Shown in pieces: positions 1 through 10,484 of a stretch of 64,000 nucleotides of DNA. Every line of letters begins with the position of its first letter. Position 1 is the stretch's first letter. A model generated the notes under the pieces. That model searched no databases, had not been told where the DNA came from, and worked only from the letters and a program-made list of their open reading frames with translations. Source of the stretch: Parasitella parasitica NRRL 2501 (lineage: Eukaryota > Fungi > Mucoromycota); the NCBI GenBank assembly GCA_025201805.1, contig MU619246.1:175627-239626 (forward strand), written 5' to 3'. The position numbers were made by a program, and so were the translations under genes.

Positions 1-90
1 AAAGAGGTGGAAAATTATAGAAGAAACACCTTAATGAAATAAAGGGAATGTGTTGTAGTGATATGAAGGGAGTACGGTATAATAAAGATT

Positions 91-1888
91 TCAATTTTCA
101 ATTTTCCTTGTGTGGTAAAAAAAAAAGGAGCGAATGCCCTCAACAGTCGAAAACCGCTTGCACAGATCTTCTTCTTGTGCGTATTGCAAACAATGATTCC
201 AGTTCATCTTCCCAATGTTAATTTTGCGGTTATTGGTAATAAATTCGAAATCATCTTGCATATTGGAATCTTCTGATGTTATTTTTTTAAGACTGCAGCT
301 TGGTAGAGGTTCTAAAGACGAAACAGTGTCCTCTAAGGTCACGTACTTTCTTTTAGCCGACCGATTAAACTCCAATGCACAAGATTCGTTTTAAAGGTGC
401 CAGGAATATTTGTGAGGGAATCTTCTACTTGCGCAGTAATCTTTCATTGCTGGAACAAATCACATCAACAATATTCAAGAAATCTTGCTCTTTTTCACCC
501 TCTACTTTAATGGACTCCTTAGCAAGGCGCAACAGCATCTGGATGGTGGGATGATGAGGATGGGAATGACCGTATAAGGTTGGTGATTGTTCAAGAAGAA
601 AACTTGATAATGCCTATAAGGGTGAAATGCTGACATCAGGTTCTTCAATTGTGAAAGTTGATTTTGACGTAAGGTAACACGACTTTGCCCTAAAGTCACA
701 GCAAGTAATAGATTTCATCCATGGCTTCTTATTGACAGTGCGGTAAATTTGAGAGATTTACGAAATAAAAAAAAAAATATAAAAATAAAAGCGATATGAA
801 ATTACAATTATAATCAAGTTTGGGGTTCTTTATTATAAAAGTATACTCAGGTTTTATCTATAGAAAAACATTTTAGTATTTATAGGATTTGAATTGTTGT
901 ATATCAGTTCTCATGGATGAAGCATTGATCCGAGAGTCAATGCGTTAATTTGTCGTTGTTTAATTTTAGGTTTTCAGGGGAAGCAAATTATGCTGAATGC
1001 TTTCATCATTGATGGAGATTTGCGTAACATTAGTTGGCCGTGTTAGGATGGCTATCGTCATACTTTAGTTATTGTGTTAAAGATATCCTTATCTAGAATG
1101 ATGGGGAAAAACTCATTGAATGACGAGCTGCCATAATTGATATCTTTGTCATTATTATTCTTATTCTGAATGTTTTTTGTGTAAGAGAAGGTACTTTGAT
1201 CAGGAGTATTTTCCTTCACGCGACATTCATTGATAAGGTCTTAAATTGTATTTGTAATTCGATTTGATTTAAATGACTTTATATGTTATGCGAACTCGAG
1301 TGGTATGAATTGACTATGCGTGACATTTGAGTCTTATTTTTTCAGTTATGCGCTTTTAATTATACCATTCCATTGTAGACAGGTTTAAACTTTGTAATCA
1401 AAAAGTTGAGGGAGACAACTTATCAGTGCAAAATACCAAAACCAACGGATACGTTTTATAAAGTTGTTGGACAGTTGACAGTATTGGAACAATCTTTGCA
1501 TGAAAGCTTCATTAACTATCAGCTGTGCCTCTATTAAAATTGGAGGGAGTGACTTTTGGATACCAAGGTGAGGAATATACAAGACATCGCTACAGGGTCC
1601 ATTTTGCCATTCAGGGCTTACAGTCGTGTACGTTCCTTTTGCAACGCCCAGTAGATCGGATGCGATAAGGTCAACCACATTTGTTGATTTCAGAATCATT
1701 TCACTAATTCGATCCTTTCTAGGCAATTGGTCCTTTTGTAACTTAAAAATAAGAAGGTCGCTGTGCACTTTGGAATAAGCACAAACGATAAGAAGTTATA
1801 ATTAGAGTATAGATAATATGTAAATATTCAATGCTGAATATCACTTACATTCGTTTTCATTTTGAGATTGTTCTTCAGGTACTGACAT
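91..1888 (-). pseudogene. PD-(D/E)XK nuclease-like gene (Rpn/YhgA-like motif), disabled and split by an insertion at 739-1377
   Basis: ATG at 1888, short exon, GTAAGT intron, then SDVLYIP..PPILIEAQLIVNEAFMQRLFQYC (D...IExQ...M.R...Y). Removing 739-1377 plus one GACAG copy rejoins the frame as FKPV|NKKPWMKSITCCDFRAKSCY...PL*ALSSFLLEQSPTLYGHSHPHHPTIQMLL. The C-terminus is ORF 91-375. In-frame stops and frameshifts are present. Confidence 0.6.
739..1377. mobile_element. 639-bp insertion with 5-bp target duplication (GACAG); possible solo LTR
   Basis: GACAG at 734-738 and 1378-1382. The insert starts TG and ends TA (near the TG...CA rule). Its excision restores the surrounding reading frame. Confidence 0.55.
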
Positions 1889-2042
1889 GGTGAAAGAACT
1901 GTTTGAAAAAGAAAAAGAAAAAAACCAAAATCTGAATGTGCTCTATACCCAGGAAATGAAATACGTCGTAGTCGTCAACCATTGAAGCTTGGAAAGAGGA
2001 TTATCTTATCAACTTTATAAAACCTCATAGTAGTGACAAGTA

Positions 2043-2145
2043 CAGTTGAACTGATTAATTTTGTCAGTTCAAAAAAAATAAATGTCGTTAGTAAAAAAAT
2101 GAATGTCGTTTGGCAAAAAACAAATGTCACTAACCTAAAAAAAAA
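2043..2145. repeat. Tc1/mariner-type terminus (TA|CAGTT...) with 21-bp-period subterminal repeats, directly downstream of Fanzor
   Basis: TA at 2041-2042 followed by CAGTTGAACTG. A TGTC core recurs at exact 21-bp spacing, four copies. About 70/100 gapless identity to the terminus at 2874-2973. Confidence 0.7.
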
Positions 2146-2195
2146 ATATCTGTTACCTGCATAAAATAATCAGGGCGTTAATCTTGGTGGAAAGT
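2135..2195 (-). ncRNA. Candidate Fanzor omegaRNA (scaffold and start of guide)
   Basis: Minus strand TTTCCACCAAGATTAACGCCCTGATTATTTTATGCAGGTAA overlaps the Fanzor stop and precedes the element end, where omegaRNAs are known to lie. ACC/GGT pairing is possible. The resemblance to a Mucorales Fanzor1 scaffold is from memory and unverified. Confidence 0.5.
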
Positions 2196-2875
2196 TCCTG
2201 TTTTGTTGTCTTAAGAAAATTGTCAGTCGTCTGCCTGTCTTCCTCAAGGAGATTAAAATCCTTCTGAAGTTTAATACAGCTGCAAGATCTCGATTCCATA
2301 GTCGGTTTTCATTGCTTGAACACATACTGCTTCGACATCTTAAAGAAGGTTAGTCTTCATAATCCAATGTTACGTGAGCATATGTATTTTTATTATTTAC
2401 CTTGTTAGGCCATGACACTTTACAGTGGGCATTTTGTGTCGTTGATATGACCTAGGGTTTCGGATTGTTTTAAACTTTTGATCGAGCTTGCCACCACAGC
2501 CTGAGCAGAGGGAAGATATTTTGTAAACTTTAAAACCGTTCTTTTGCAGCATCTTGATCAACCCAGCGTTTCTAATTGGTTCATGGTATTTGGCGTTTGG
2601 TGCAGACCAATTTCCAATTATCAGAACTGAATTCGATCCAAACTTCGTTTTCAACTTGTTTACCAACTGCGCATCATTTTTGTTGTAGTATAATTTGCTT
2701 GAAAACTTGAATTTTCTGAATGGCAATAACTGCAAATTTTGTAAAACATCATGTACACATTGTTTCAAGTCGTTTCGATAATTTGTCAGCATTTCCAACG
2801 CAAGATTGACAATTTCGGTGTTAGCGGCATCGATTAAACGTTCTGATATATGTGGTTGCTGAAGCATTTTATGTA

Positions 2876-4373
2876 CAGTGCGGCCGGGAAATATTGTCCG
2901 TTTTACAAAAATAAATGGCGATTACAAAAAAATATTTGTCGTTTACCAGAAAATAAATGGCGCTAACTAGAAAATGATCGGCCGTTTCTCAATTTTTATT
3001 GGCCATTTCTCAGATTTACTATGGCCGTTTTACGAATTCACTTTGTCGGTTTACTAGACTGTTCTGTTCGCTATGTTGTAGAAGCATGGACGTAAGCCAA
3101 CTAACTCTTAGAATTCTGTTTTATTCAGGCAATTGATGATTTGGCGCTTCGAGTGTCTACAAAATCCACGGAGATCACTTACGCGTACATCGTTGCACGC
3201 ATCAGCAATTCTTTGTGATAAGTTCTCTTCGCTTAGCAGCCTATGGCGCTTCATCTTTCCTTTTACAATGGCCCAAAACTGCTCAATTGGGTTCAGTTCT
3301 GGAGAATAAGGAGGTAGATACATCACTCGATATCCTCTGCTCTCAATCTTTCTCATCATTGGATGCGACTTATGAATAGTACAATTATCCATAACAAGGT
3401 AACTGCCCTTCAGATTTGCATCCATGTCCATAATATCGAGAAGCTCATTCATGAATTTCACAAAGTGAGCTGTGGTTGTACCTTTGGAAGGCGGCTTGGT
3501 TTCTTCTTTCTCAACTTCCACATACTCTATGGTGGGCTCCTCAATGACAATCCCTCCTGTCTGCTCTTTGCCCCTCGCAAGCTTTCTTTTCTTTGACTTC
3601 TCTGCTTGAATTGTTTGAGGCTTCTGTCCTCTTGGCTTTCTTGGTGGAGGCTTTTTCATGACAACGTGAAGAACACTAGAAGAATGAATGGCGCCAATGA
3701 TAGTATGTGAGGGGGAGCGAGTCTTTGCAATATCAACAATGGCAGGTGTTCCTACTGCTGATCTAGCCCAATTGCTCCTCATGTTGATATTGAATCCAGC
3801 CTCATCAATGAAGACGCAGTTTGTGCCGTAATCAAGATCAGAATCCTTCCAATTCATGAACCATTCATATCGTTTTTGCAAGTTTTCGGGAGAGTTTCTC
3901 GCCTTGGGGTCGAAGGTTGGCTTCTTGATGGATATGAGCATATTGTTCCTCAGATGATCATTCATTTGAGACTTCGAGATTTTGAAGTCTTCAAACTTGG
4001 ATGTCAACATATCAATGATATCGTCAGCACAAAGCTGCGAGTCTTTTTCAATAACATCCTGGATATACTTCTCATGTTCTCCAGTAAAGGAACTGGGTCT
4101 GCCTGCGTTTTTTTCAGATTTCTTGTAGGCTACCTCACCCGTCTCGTTATAGTGCTTCCACCAACGCATAGCGGTACGAGGGTTTATACCCAGCTCTTTC
4201 GCTGCTGCTGTTACCCTTCCTCTTTCCACAGGGCCTTCAAGCATTCTTTCAATAAATGTTTCTCTTGTGAGATCATTGTGCTGCTTGTAAGCGCGGTCCG
4301 AGACATATTTAGCAACTTTGAAAGGCTTTACAGAAACATCTTTCATAATGACTTCTTTGTCTTGTGGTTTAAG
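2876..4373 (-). mobile_element. Tc1/mariner-IS630 superfamily DNA transposon nested in the Fanzor gene; the other end lies in the gap
   Basis: TA at 2874-2875, then CAGTGCGGCCGGG and 21-bp-period repeats. Fanzor coding sequence resumes right after the TA (xHKMLQQPHISERL) and continues beyond the gap at 4979. Confidence 0.85.
3108..4373 (-). CDS. DD34E Tc1/IS630-family transposase, 5' end in the gap
   Basis: Open frame with HTH (AAAKELGINPRTAMRW), FIDEAGF, VMDNCTIH and YLPPYSPELNPIE; 34 residues lie between the second D and the E. Confidence 0.93.
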   Translation of the reverse strand, partial: LKPQDKEVIMKDVSVKPFKVAKYVSDRAYKQHNDLTRETFIERMLEGPVERGRVTAAAKELGINPRTAMRWWKHYNETGEVAYKKSEKNAGRPSSFTGEHEKYIQDVIEKDSQLCADDIIDMLTSKFEDFKISKSQMNDHLRNNMLISIKKPTFDPKARNSPENLQKRYEWFMNWKDSDLDYGTNCVFIDEAGFNINMRSNWARSAVGTPAIVDIAKTRSPSHTIIGAIHSSSVLHVVMKKPPPRKPRGQKPQTIQAEKSKKRKLARGKEQTGGIVIEEPTIEYVEVEKEETKPPSKGTTTAHFVKFMNELLDIMDMDANLKGSYLVMDNCTIHKSHPMMRKIESRGYRVMYLPPYSPELNPIEQFWAIVKGKMKRHRLLSEENLSQRIADACNDVRVSDLRGFCRHSKRQIINCLNKTEF

Positions 4374-6919
4374 NNNNNNNNNNNNNNNNNNNNNNNNNNN
4401 NNNNNNNNNNNNNNNNNNNNNNNNNNNNNNNNNNNNNNNNNNNNNNNNNNNNNNNNNNNNNNNNNNNNNNNNNNNNNNNNNNNNNNNNNNNNNNNNNNNN
4501 NNNNNNNNNNNNNNNNNNNNNNNNNNNNNNNNNNNNNNNNNNNNNNNNNNNNNNNNNNNNNNNNNNNNNNNNNNNNNNNNNNNNNNNNNNNNNNNNNNNN
4601 NNNNNNNNNNNNNNNNNNNNNNNNNNNNNNNNNNNNNNNNNNNNNNNNNNNNNNNNNNNNNNNNNNNNNNNNNNNNNNNNNNNNNNNNNNNNNNNNNNNN
4701 NNNNNNNNNNNNNNNNNNNNNNNNNNNNNNNNNNNNNNNNNNNNNNNNNNNNNNNNNNNNNNNNNNNNNNNNNNNNNNNNNNNNNNNNNNNNNNNNNNNN
4801 NNNNNNNNNNNNNNNNNNNNNNNNNNNNNNNNNNNNNNNNNNNNNNNNNNNNNNNNNNNNNNNNNNNNNNNNNNNNNNNNNNNNNNNNNNNNNNNNNNNN
4901 NNNNNNNNNNNNNNNNNNNNNNNNNNNNNNNNNNNNNNNNNNNNNNNNNNNNNNNNNNNNNNNNNNNNNNNNNNNNNNGATAATAAGGTGTTGACAGAGG
5001 CTCTTGTTTTAATGTATTCCACATAGTTGTCTACGTTTACAGAAGAAGATTTGGTTTCCGATAGCGTGGCTTCTGCAGCTTTGATAACTTTTGGCTTGGT
5101 TTTCTTTAGCAACATTTTGAAGTGTCTTGATAATTTACTTTGAGTTGCGTTAGAATACACTAGGGTTTGTTTGTCGCTCGTTTTGCTTGTTTCTTTCATG
5201 CAGTATAGCAAGTCTCTTCTTCCTGGATCCATGAGCACACATTTTCCATTAGTTCCCTTCAATTCTTCTTTTGCTAAATTTTCGATATATCTCGTTTCAT
5301 CATCGGCTACATTCTTATCACTCTTGACTGGCGGCCCTTTTCGGGAGGTATCGCAGTTCTGTTTAATGATACTGGCACCAACTCCATCAATTTCAAGAGT
5401 ACCTTTGAAGCTTAAGTATCCTTAGTCTTTAAAAGCCTTGGTTTTAAGATTGACTATAGATCCCCAGTTCTCGAGTTGACTTCTTGGCATCAAAGGTTTC
5501 TTGCTTTGAATAATATGGTAGTGGATAATCTTGTTGTCTAACGTCATGTAGCAAGGAATGAATGTCGTTCTTAATGGGAAACAGAAAAATTGCTTTAGCT
5601 GCACCGCTTCAAACAATTCAGCAAGTTTAACGATGGCTTTGAAGTGGTTTTCTGGATTAGCCTTTATATCGTAGAAGATTGAGTCCATTTTAAACATGTA
5701 ATTTTCTGGATATGCCGACAAGAAAGTTTGTACTTTTGGTTTTGATGATTCATTCAAAATATCAACGTTGGGTATGCCTTTTTTAGCTGCAGCTTGTATA
5801 ACTTGGTCACAGGGATTGTAAGCCTTTTGTCGTATCGCTTCTTTAATAGCTTCTTCACTAAACGCATTGGACGCCATTTCTTTACGGATAGTATCCGCTC
5901 TTTCTTTTTTTTTCACAGAGCTTATTTAGTAGAGTTCGCAATCTATTTCCAAAATGGGTCTTTATGTTGTTAAGATAGGCAGTTTGGATCTTGGTGCACT
6001 CATGTAGGGCTATTTGTTGAGCATTCACCAGTTTGATTGGAGTATAATTCGCGTCTTCCAAGTAAGATTGTTGATATTTTGCTATGAACTTCCTGTACTC
6101 CGCAGTCGTGTCTTTAAGCTTAACAGACCTGCGGGTAGTATTTTGGATCAGAGACAAGAACACTTCCACAAAGAATTCTTTTCGTGGCCAGTTCTTTCAA
6201 GAACATGTATTCTGAAAAAGCAAATGTGTGAGTGATGACTGTATGAGTAGTATTCACTAGATTATACAATCTGCAAACATTCTGGTTTCCATATATTTTT
6301 GATAGTTGTTTTCACTGTCATCACCTTTTTTCTTGTTTTATCATCAAAGCTTTTCGTTGTAGAACCAGGTTTGGTAGCAGTAGAGTCAGACTTGGAAGTA
6401 GTAACATTGGGTATATTCATGAAACTATCTGGTTGTGTAGTCTTGCTTGGTTCACCTATCATTGGACCTTGAGCATTGGTGTTACGAAAGCCGATCTTGC
6501 TTGTGCTACCAATTTCGTCTTTGGCAGAATTGTCGCTTTGTTTACCTATGTAATGGGTGTTTAAAATGCTTTGATTCTTCAACACTTATGAATATAATGT
6601 ACTAATACATACTTCTTTTTCTAAAGGTTACTGATGGCTGAAAATCATCGTCTGAATTGTCGGTTATAGTTTTTTCATATGTGTCTACCATCTTAGCTTA
6701 AATTAGTAACGTTTTGGTCAGAAATTAACATGTATCTTCATCGTTTCTGTTCTTAAAAGACTCCTCTTCAGAGCAAGAAGTAAAAGTATCCTTCCGACTT
6801 TTCGTCATCTGTACTTTTCTGAAGGGAATAGTTATTTATATATGGTGTCTTCAGAAAACTAGTTTAAAAAAGAAACAAATGTGTAGAAAAAAAAACAAGA
6901 CACAAAATATTTATGGAGA

Positions 6920-7560
6920 ATGCATTGTAGGTTCTAATAACGACAATATGTGCCATTTGTTATTTCAAAATAGACAGAAATTACAGGTTGCACTGTTACA
7001 GAATTGTTCCATAACGTTTATCACTAATGCCTTGATCTTGTAAATGAACTGCCATGGCCTTCAGTTAAGTTCAGCAGGATAAAAAATGACATCGTGGTTA
7101 TGATCCTTGAGATATTTGTAGCAGGCTTGTAATCAAGAATCAATATTAGTTGTGTTGTCCTCGACATTTTTGTTTCAACTTACTGTATCAAGCGCCCCAT
7201 AGAACATTTGTTTAAAAGCATTATCAACCAGCAGCATGCTGAATAATTGTAGCTTGACATCTTAGTCGACCATTTGTACTTGCAATTGTGGCTATACAGG
7301 TATTTTCAATTAATTTTATAAAAATGAAATAAGACGACAATGCAACTTACCTTCTATCCTTTATAGTTGGTACAGGTTGGAGCAATAAAAAGTGAAATTT
7401 TTTCAAAACTCACTGAGAGTTGATTTTCCTCTTGCAAACTATAAAGTACTTATTACAAACTCTTCTCCATGCCTTTCCTTAAACCTAGTCTGACTTACCA
7501 AATACCTTTCGTTTGGCATAGCACTGTGTTTGCTATCGTACCAGGAATAATAAGCTTGCA
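6920..7560 (-). pseudogene. Degraded TE-associated gene remnant upstream of Fanzor, possibly PD-(D/E)XK family
   Basis: Broken frames read ACYKYLKDHNHDVIFYPAEL/LKAMAVHLQDQGISDKRY. Intron-like signals are present but there is no long ORF. Confidence 0.3.
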
Positions 7561-8519
7561 TATTCAAATCCAGACATAATCAAACATTTTCACCTAAAGA
7601 AAAAAAAGTGTAGAGCAAGTCTAACATATTAATGCAATTTACGCATTTTTTTTTTAATTTAAGCAGAGTAAAAGAGGAAGATGACAACTTCTCACTCCCA
7701 GCTGGGGACAATTGAAAGTTGCAAGATGAGAAAAGTGATAAAACAATTTTTTTTTGGTAAGCAAATGCGATGCCTCTCAAGGTCGTGTCTCAAAGAGACT
7801 GTATTTGACACACATTCACTTGATAATCATAATAATTTACTTTACATAGATTCTGTATAGTTAATTGTAATTGATATACTTCATATAATTTAATTTAATG
7901 CTGTTATTTCTGTTTTGTTGTGATTGGCGAATTGTTATTTTTAATTTCACGTTTAGGGTGTTGTCTCCAATGGTTTCAAGTAGTTTTGAATAAAGATTCG
8001 TATGAAAGATTGATATCAAAATGTATGATTTGAATAATAAAAAATTTTGTGTGTGAATGGCCAAAGAAAGCAGCGACCCAGAGTATGTTCCTTTGATTTC
8101 GAATAGCATAAGGTTGGATTTTTGATTTAGACCTTTTTGGCAATGCGATTGATAAAAAAGTGGCGGGAGAATTTCTCTGATTGGTCGGAATATACGTTTA
8201 CTGTACGAGTACAGGATGACCAAAAAGTCGATCTTTTCGAATCCAATTCCTTAAAGTAGTAGGCGTAAATACAATACTGTACTCTGATAACCTTTTACTT
8301 TTTGTAGTTGTTTCTTGCATGTCAGTGTCTTTCAGTTCTTCCTCGACTATCTTTTTTTTTTATTTTTGATATATTTTATGCAGGTTTGTCAATCTTGTCG
8401 GTCTGAATGACAGGTTTACAACAAAAAGCAGCTGCTTCATTGCCAGACTTGTCCACTATTTCACCTCTACCGTCTTTTCAAAAGAAATTCATTTGAAAAG
8501 TTTGGAGAATAAAAAGTCA

Positions 8520-8645
8520 AAAAGCTGGTCAACTCAAATATTACAATTTGGTCAATCTATTTCAAGAAATTGGTTAAATTAGCTTCAAACAGATGGTCAA
8601 ATTAATTTCAAATTTTTGGGCGCAAATGTCAAAAAAATGGGCGAT
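8520..8645. repeat. Degenerate ~22-23-bp-period TGGTCAA array (TE subterminal-like)
   Basis: TGGTCAA, TGGTTAA or TGGGCG near 8526, 8549, 8571, 8594, 8617 and 8638. Same motif and orientation as 10485-10604. Confidence 0.45.
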
Positions 8646-8674
8646 CTTTTCAAAAATTCGGTAAATTGGGAGTT

Positions 8675-9277
8675 TTCTTTGATAGCGGCGATTAAATGCG
8701 TCCAAAATCAGGAAAGAAAAGTTCTTTCAAAAACTCCATTTGGACAATCAGAAAACAAAATTACTTCTTTGAGGCAAGATATCATCCTCTGATATTATGC
8801 TTACCACGGCTGTCAGTCTATGATAATAGCTGTATTTTTGGATGCTCTACACGATGGTATTATTTCATAATTTCTCGTATGCTTATGGAAGGAATTATAT
8901 CGAGAAAAACTTAAAACAGATCAAGAGGGAAAAGTCAATATTTTGCTTAATCAGAGCGCATTTTCAGTCTTTCAGATCAAAGAATGGTCTTTTGCGATCA
9001 TTTTCTTCCAATATATGCTATAGTAAAAAGTTGCATTTTTGAGGTCAAAATCGAGGATAATGCATAATTGATGATTTTGGATGCGTGGATACAAGGAAAA
9101 AATCGAAAAAATCCGTCATTTTGCATCGAAAAAAAAATCATGCTCAAATTGCACCAAAATCATATATAATATAGTTTTTTCCCAATGGATACTACTTCTG
9201 GTGTTTTCAGGGCACTTTTGATTATGAAAATTAGTCAAAAAATGACACAAGAAGCTAAAGTTCTTGCTTTTAAGCTG
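8675..9277 (-). repeat. ~600-bp non-coding transposon end, copy 1 (inverted copy at 38919-39521)
   Basis: Colinear reverse-complement match to 38919-39521. Homology stops at a TA-flanked terminus (minus strand TA|CAGCTTAAAAGCAAGAAC). Confidence 0.85.
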
Positions 9278-10484
9278 TAGAAATTTCTTATTGGACTATC
9301 TCACGTCAATATCCATTCTAGTGCACGACGCAGTTCAATACAGTAAGTATTTTTGATGCCACAAGTATACATTTCTTCATAGTAATATGATCAAACAGGT
9401 GTGGCTCATCGAGTTGGAAGCAGAAGAGGATAATTAATGAAGATAATATTTTGCTGTAACAACCCTTTATTATTTGTGAATAATTCATAAGTTGTTAATT
9501 GCTAGTGACAGAGAAGCCCTTGTACCATTGTTAATAATGCTTAATGTCAGTTCAAAAGTTCCTTTTTCTTTTGTAATTCTAATGCTAAACATGTAAAATA
9601 GAAAGTAAAATAGAGGTTGAGGATAATCTCACTAACAAAAGTTAAGCTTCATAATAAGCTTCTGGTAGATTTCAGGTTCCAGACACTGTACTGTAAAGTA
9701 TTAAATTCTGCATTAAGCACATTTTTGCTCACCAACTCGTCCGTTATAACGAGTCCCGGCTGTATTTCCTTTTCTTGATATTGGATATGCTGATTTCATT
9801 TTCTGAATCTGCTATGAGATAATGATTTATTTCTGTTAAATCGGTATTAACAAGGTTTAATAACCGAGGCGGATAAAGGGATACGTTTGCTTATTCAACT
9901 TTCAGATTATACTTTGGGGGTGAGGAGGAGGGAGCTATTGTTTGAGGCTGTTCCTGTTGCATTACACCATGTTTTACGACATGATTGCACATATTTATGT
10001 GTAAGACATTGAAAATCTTCAGCAAAACAGGCCAAAAGGACGAGCAGCTGTAAAGAGAAACCTGGTGTAAGGTTGAAAACGGACTCCCCTTGTCACTTGC
10101 GCAATGGATGGTTCTTATATGTACATGCTTTGGGTTTCTTCTGCACATGTGGAAGTTGTATTGGGATCTGTAGTCAGAGAAATATTGCTAGAAAGAACTC
10201 TTGTTTTTTTGTGTATGGTTAGAGACGAATTTCTCGATGTTACCGATATTACGGCTATCTGTATGCATCATCCATTTGGATTTCGTCCCTTGCTACATTT
10301 GAACATACATTTATTATTAGACTTATGACTAATGAAGCGTTTTTTCTCAGTACATCCCATTGGTTCAACTTCCATCCTAATCTTACTCATACTATGACCA
10401 CCCAATATGATATGAGAACCGAAGTAGCTACAAAGCTGAATATGATGAATTAGTGGAACTTTTATTGGTATCATGGTATAAAAA

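Larger units (their letters stand above)
2170..6808 (-). pseudogene. Fanzor (Fanzor1-type, TnpB-related RNA-guided endonuclease), intron-containing, disabled and interrupted by a transposon
   Basis: GTLEIDGVGASI (about 5400) is followed by RuvC-I CVLMDPGRRDLLYC (about 5230), LPFRKFKFSSK, LIIGNWS..HEPIRNAG, the Zn finger CSGC...CHGLTR|CRSSMC across intron 2400-2339 (branch GACTAAC), RuvC-III WNRDLAAVLNF, and a stop at 2170-2172. Lesions: frameshifts near 6265, 6180 and 5905 (poly-A), and TAA at 5422-5424. The 5' exons (ATG 6808) are tentative. Confidence 0.9.

Noticed and set aside
2060-2135. Regularly spaced repeats next to a Cas12-like gene, suggesting a CRISPR array
   Set aside because: The period is only 21 bp, there are no spacer-length unique segments, and the array is homologous to a transposon end.
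3108-5024. 638-aa ORF and other ORFs spanning N runs, suggesting a Fanzor-transposase fusion
   Set aside because: Artefact of reading through the gap. The transposase belongs to a nested insertion with its own TA-flanked end.
9300-10480. Short ORFs here and at about 40400-41250, 48980-49340 and 62390-63100
   Set aside because: Probably decayed TE-associated coding DNA, but no recognisable motif could be supported.
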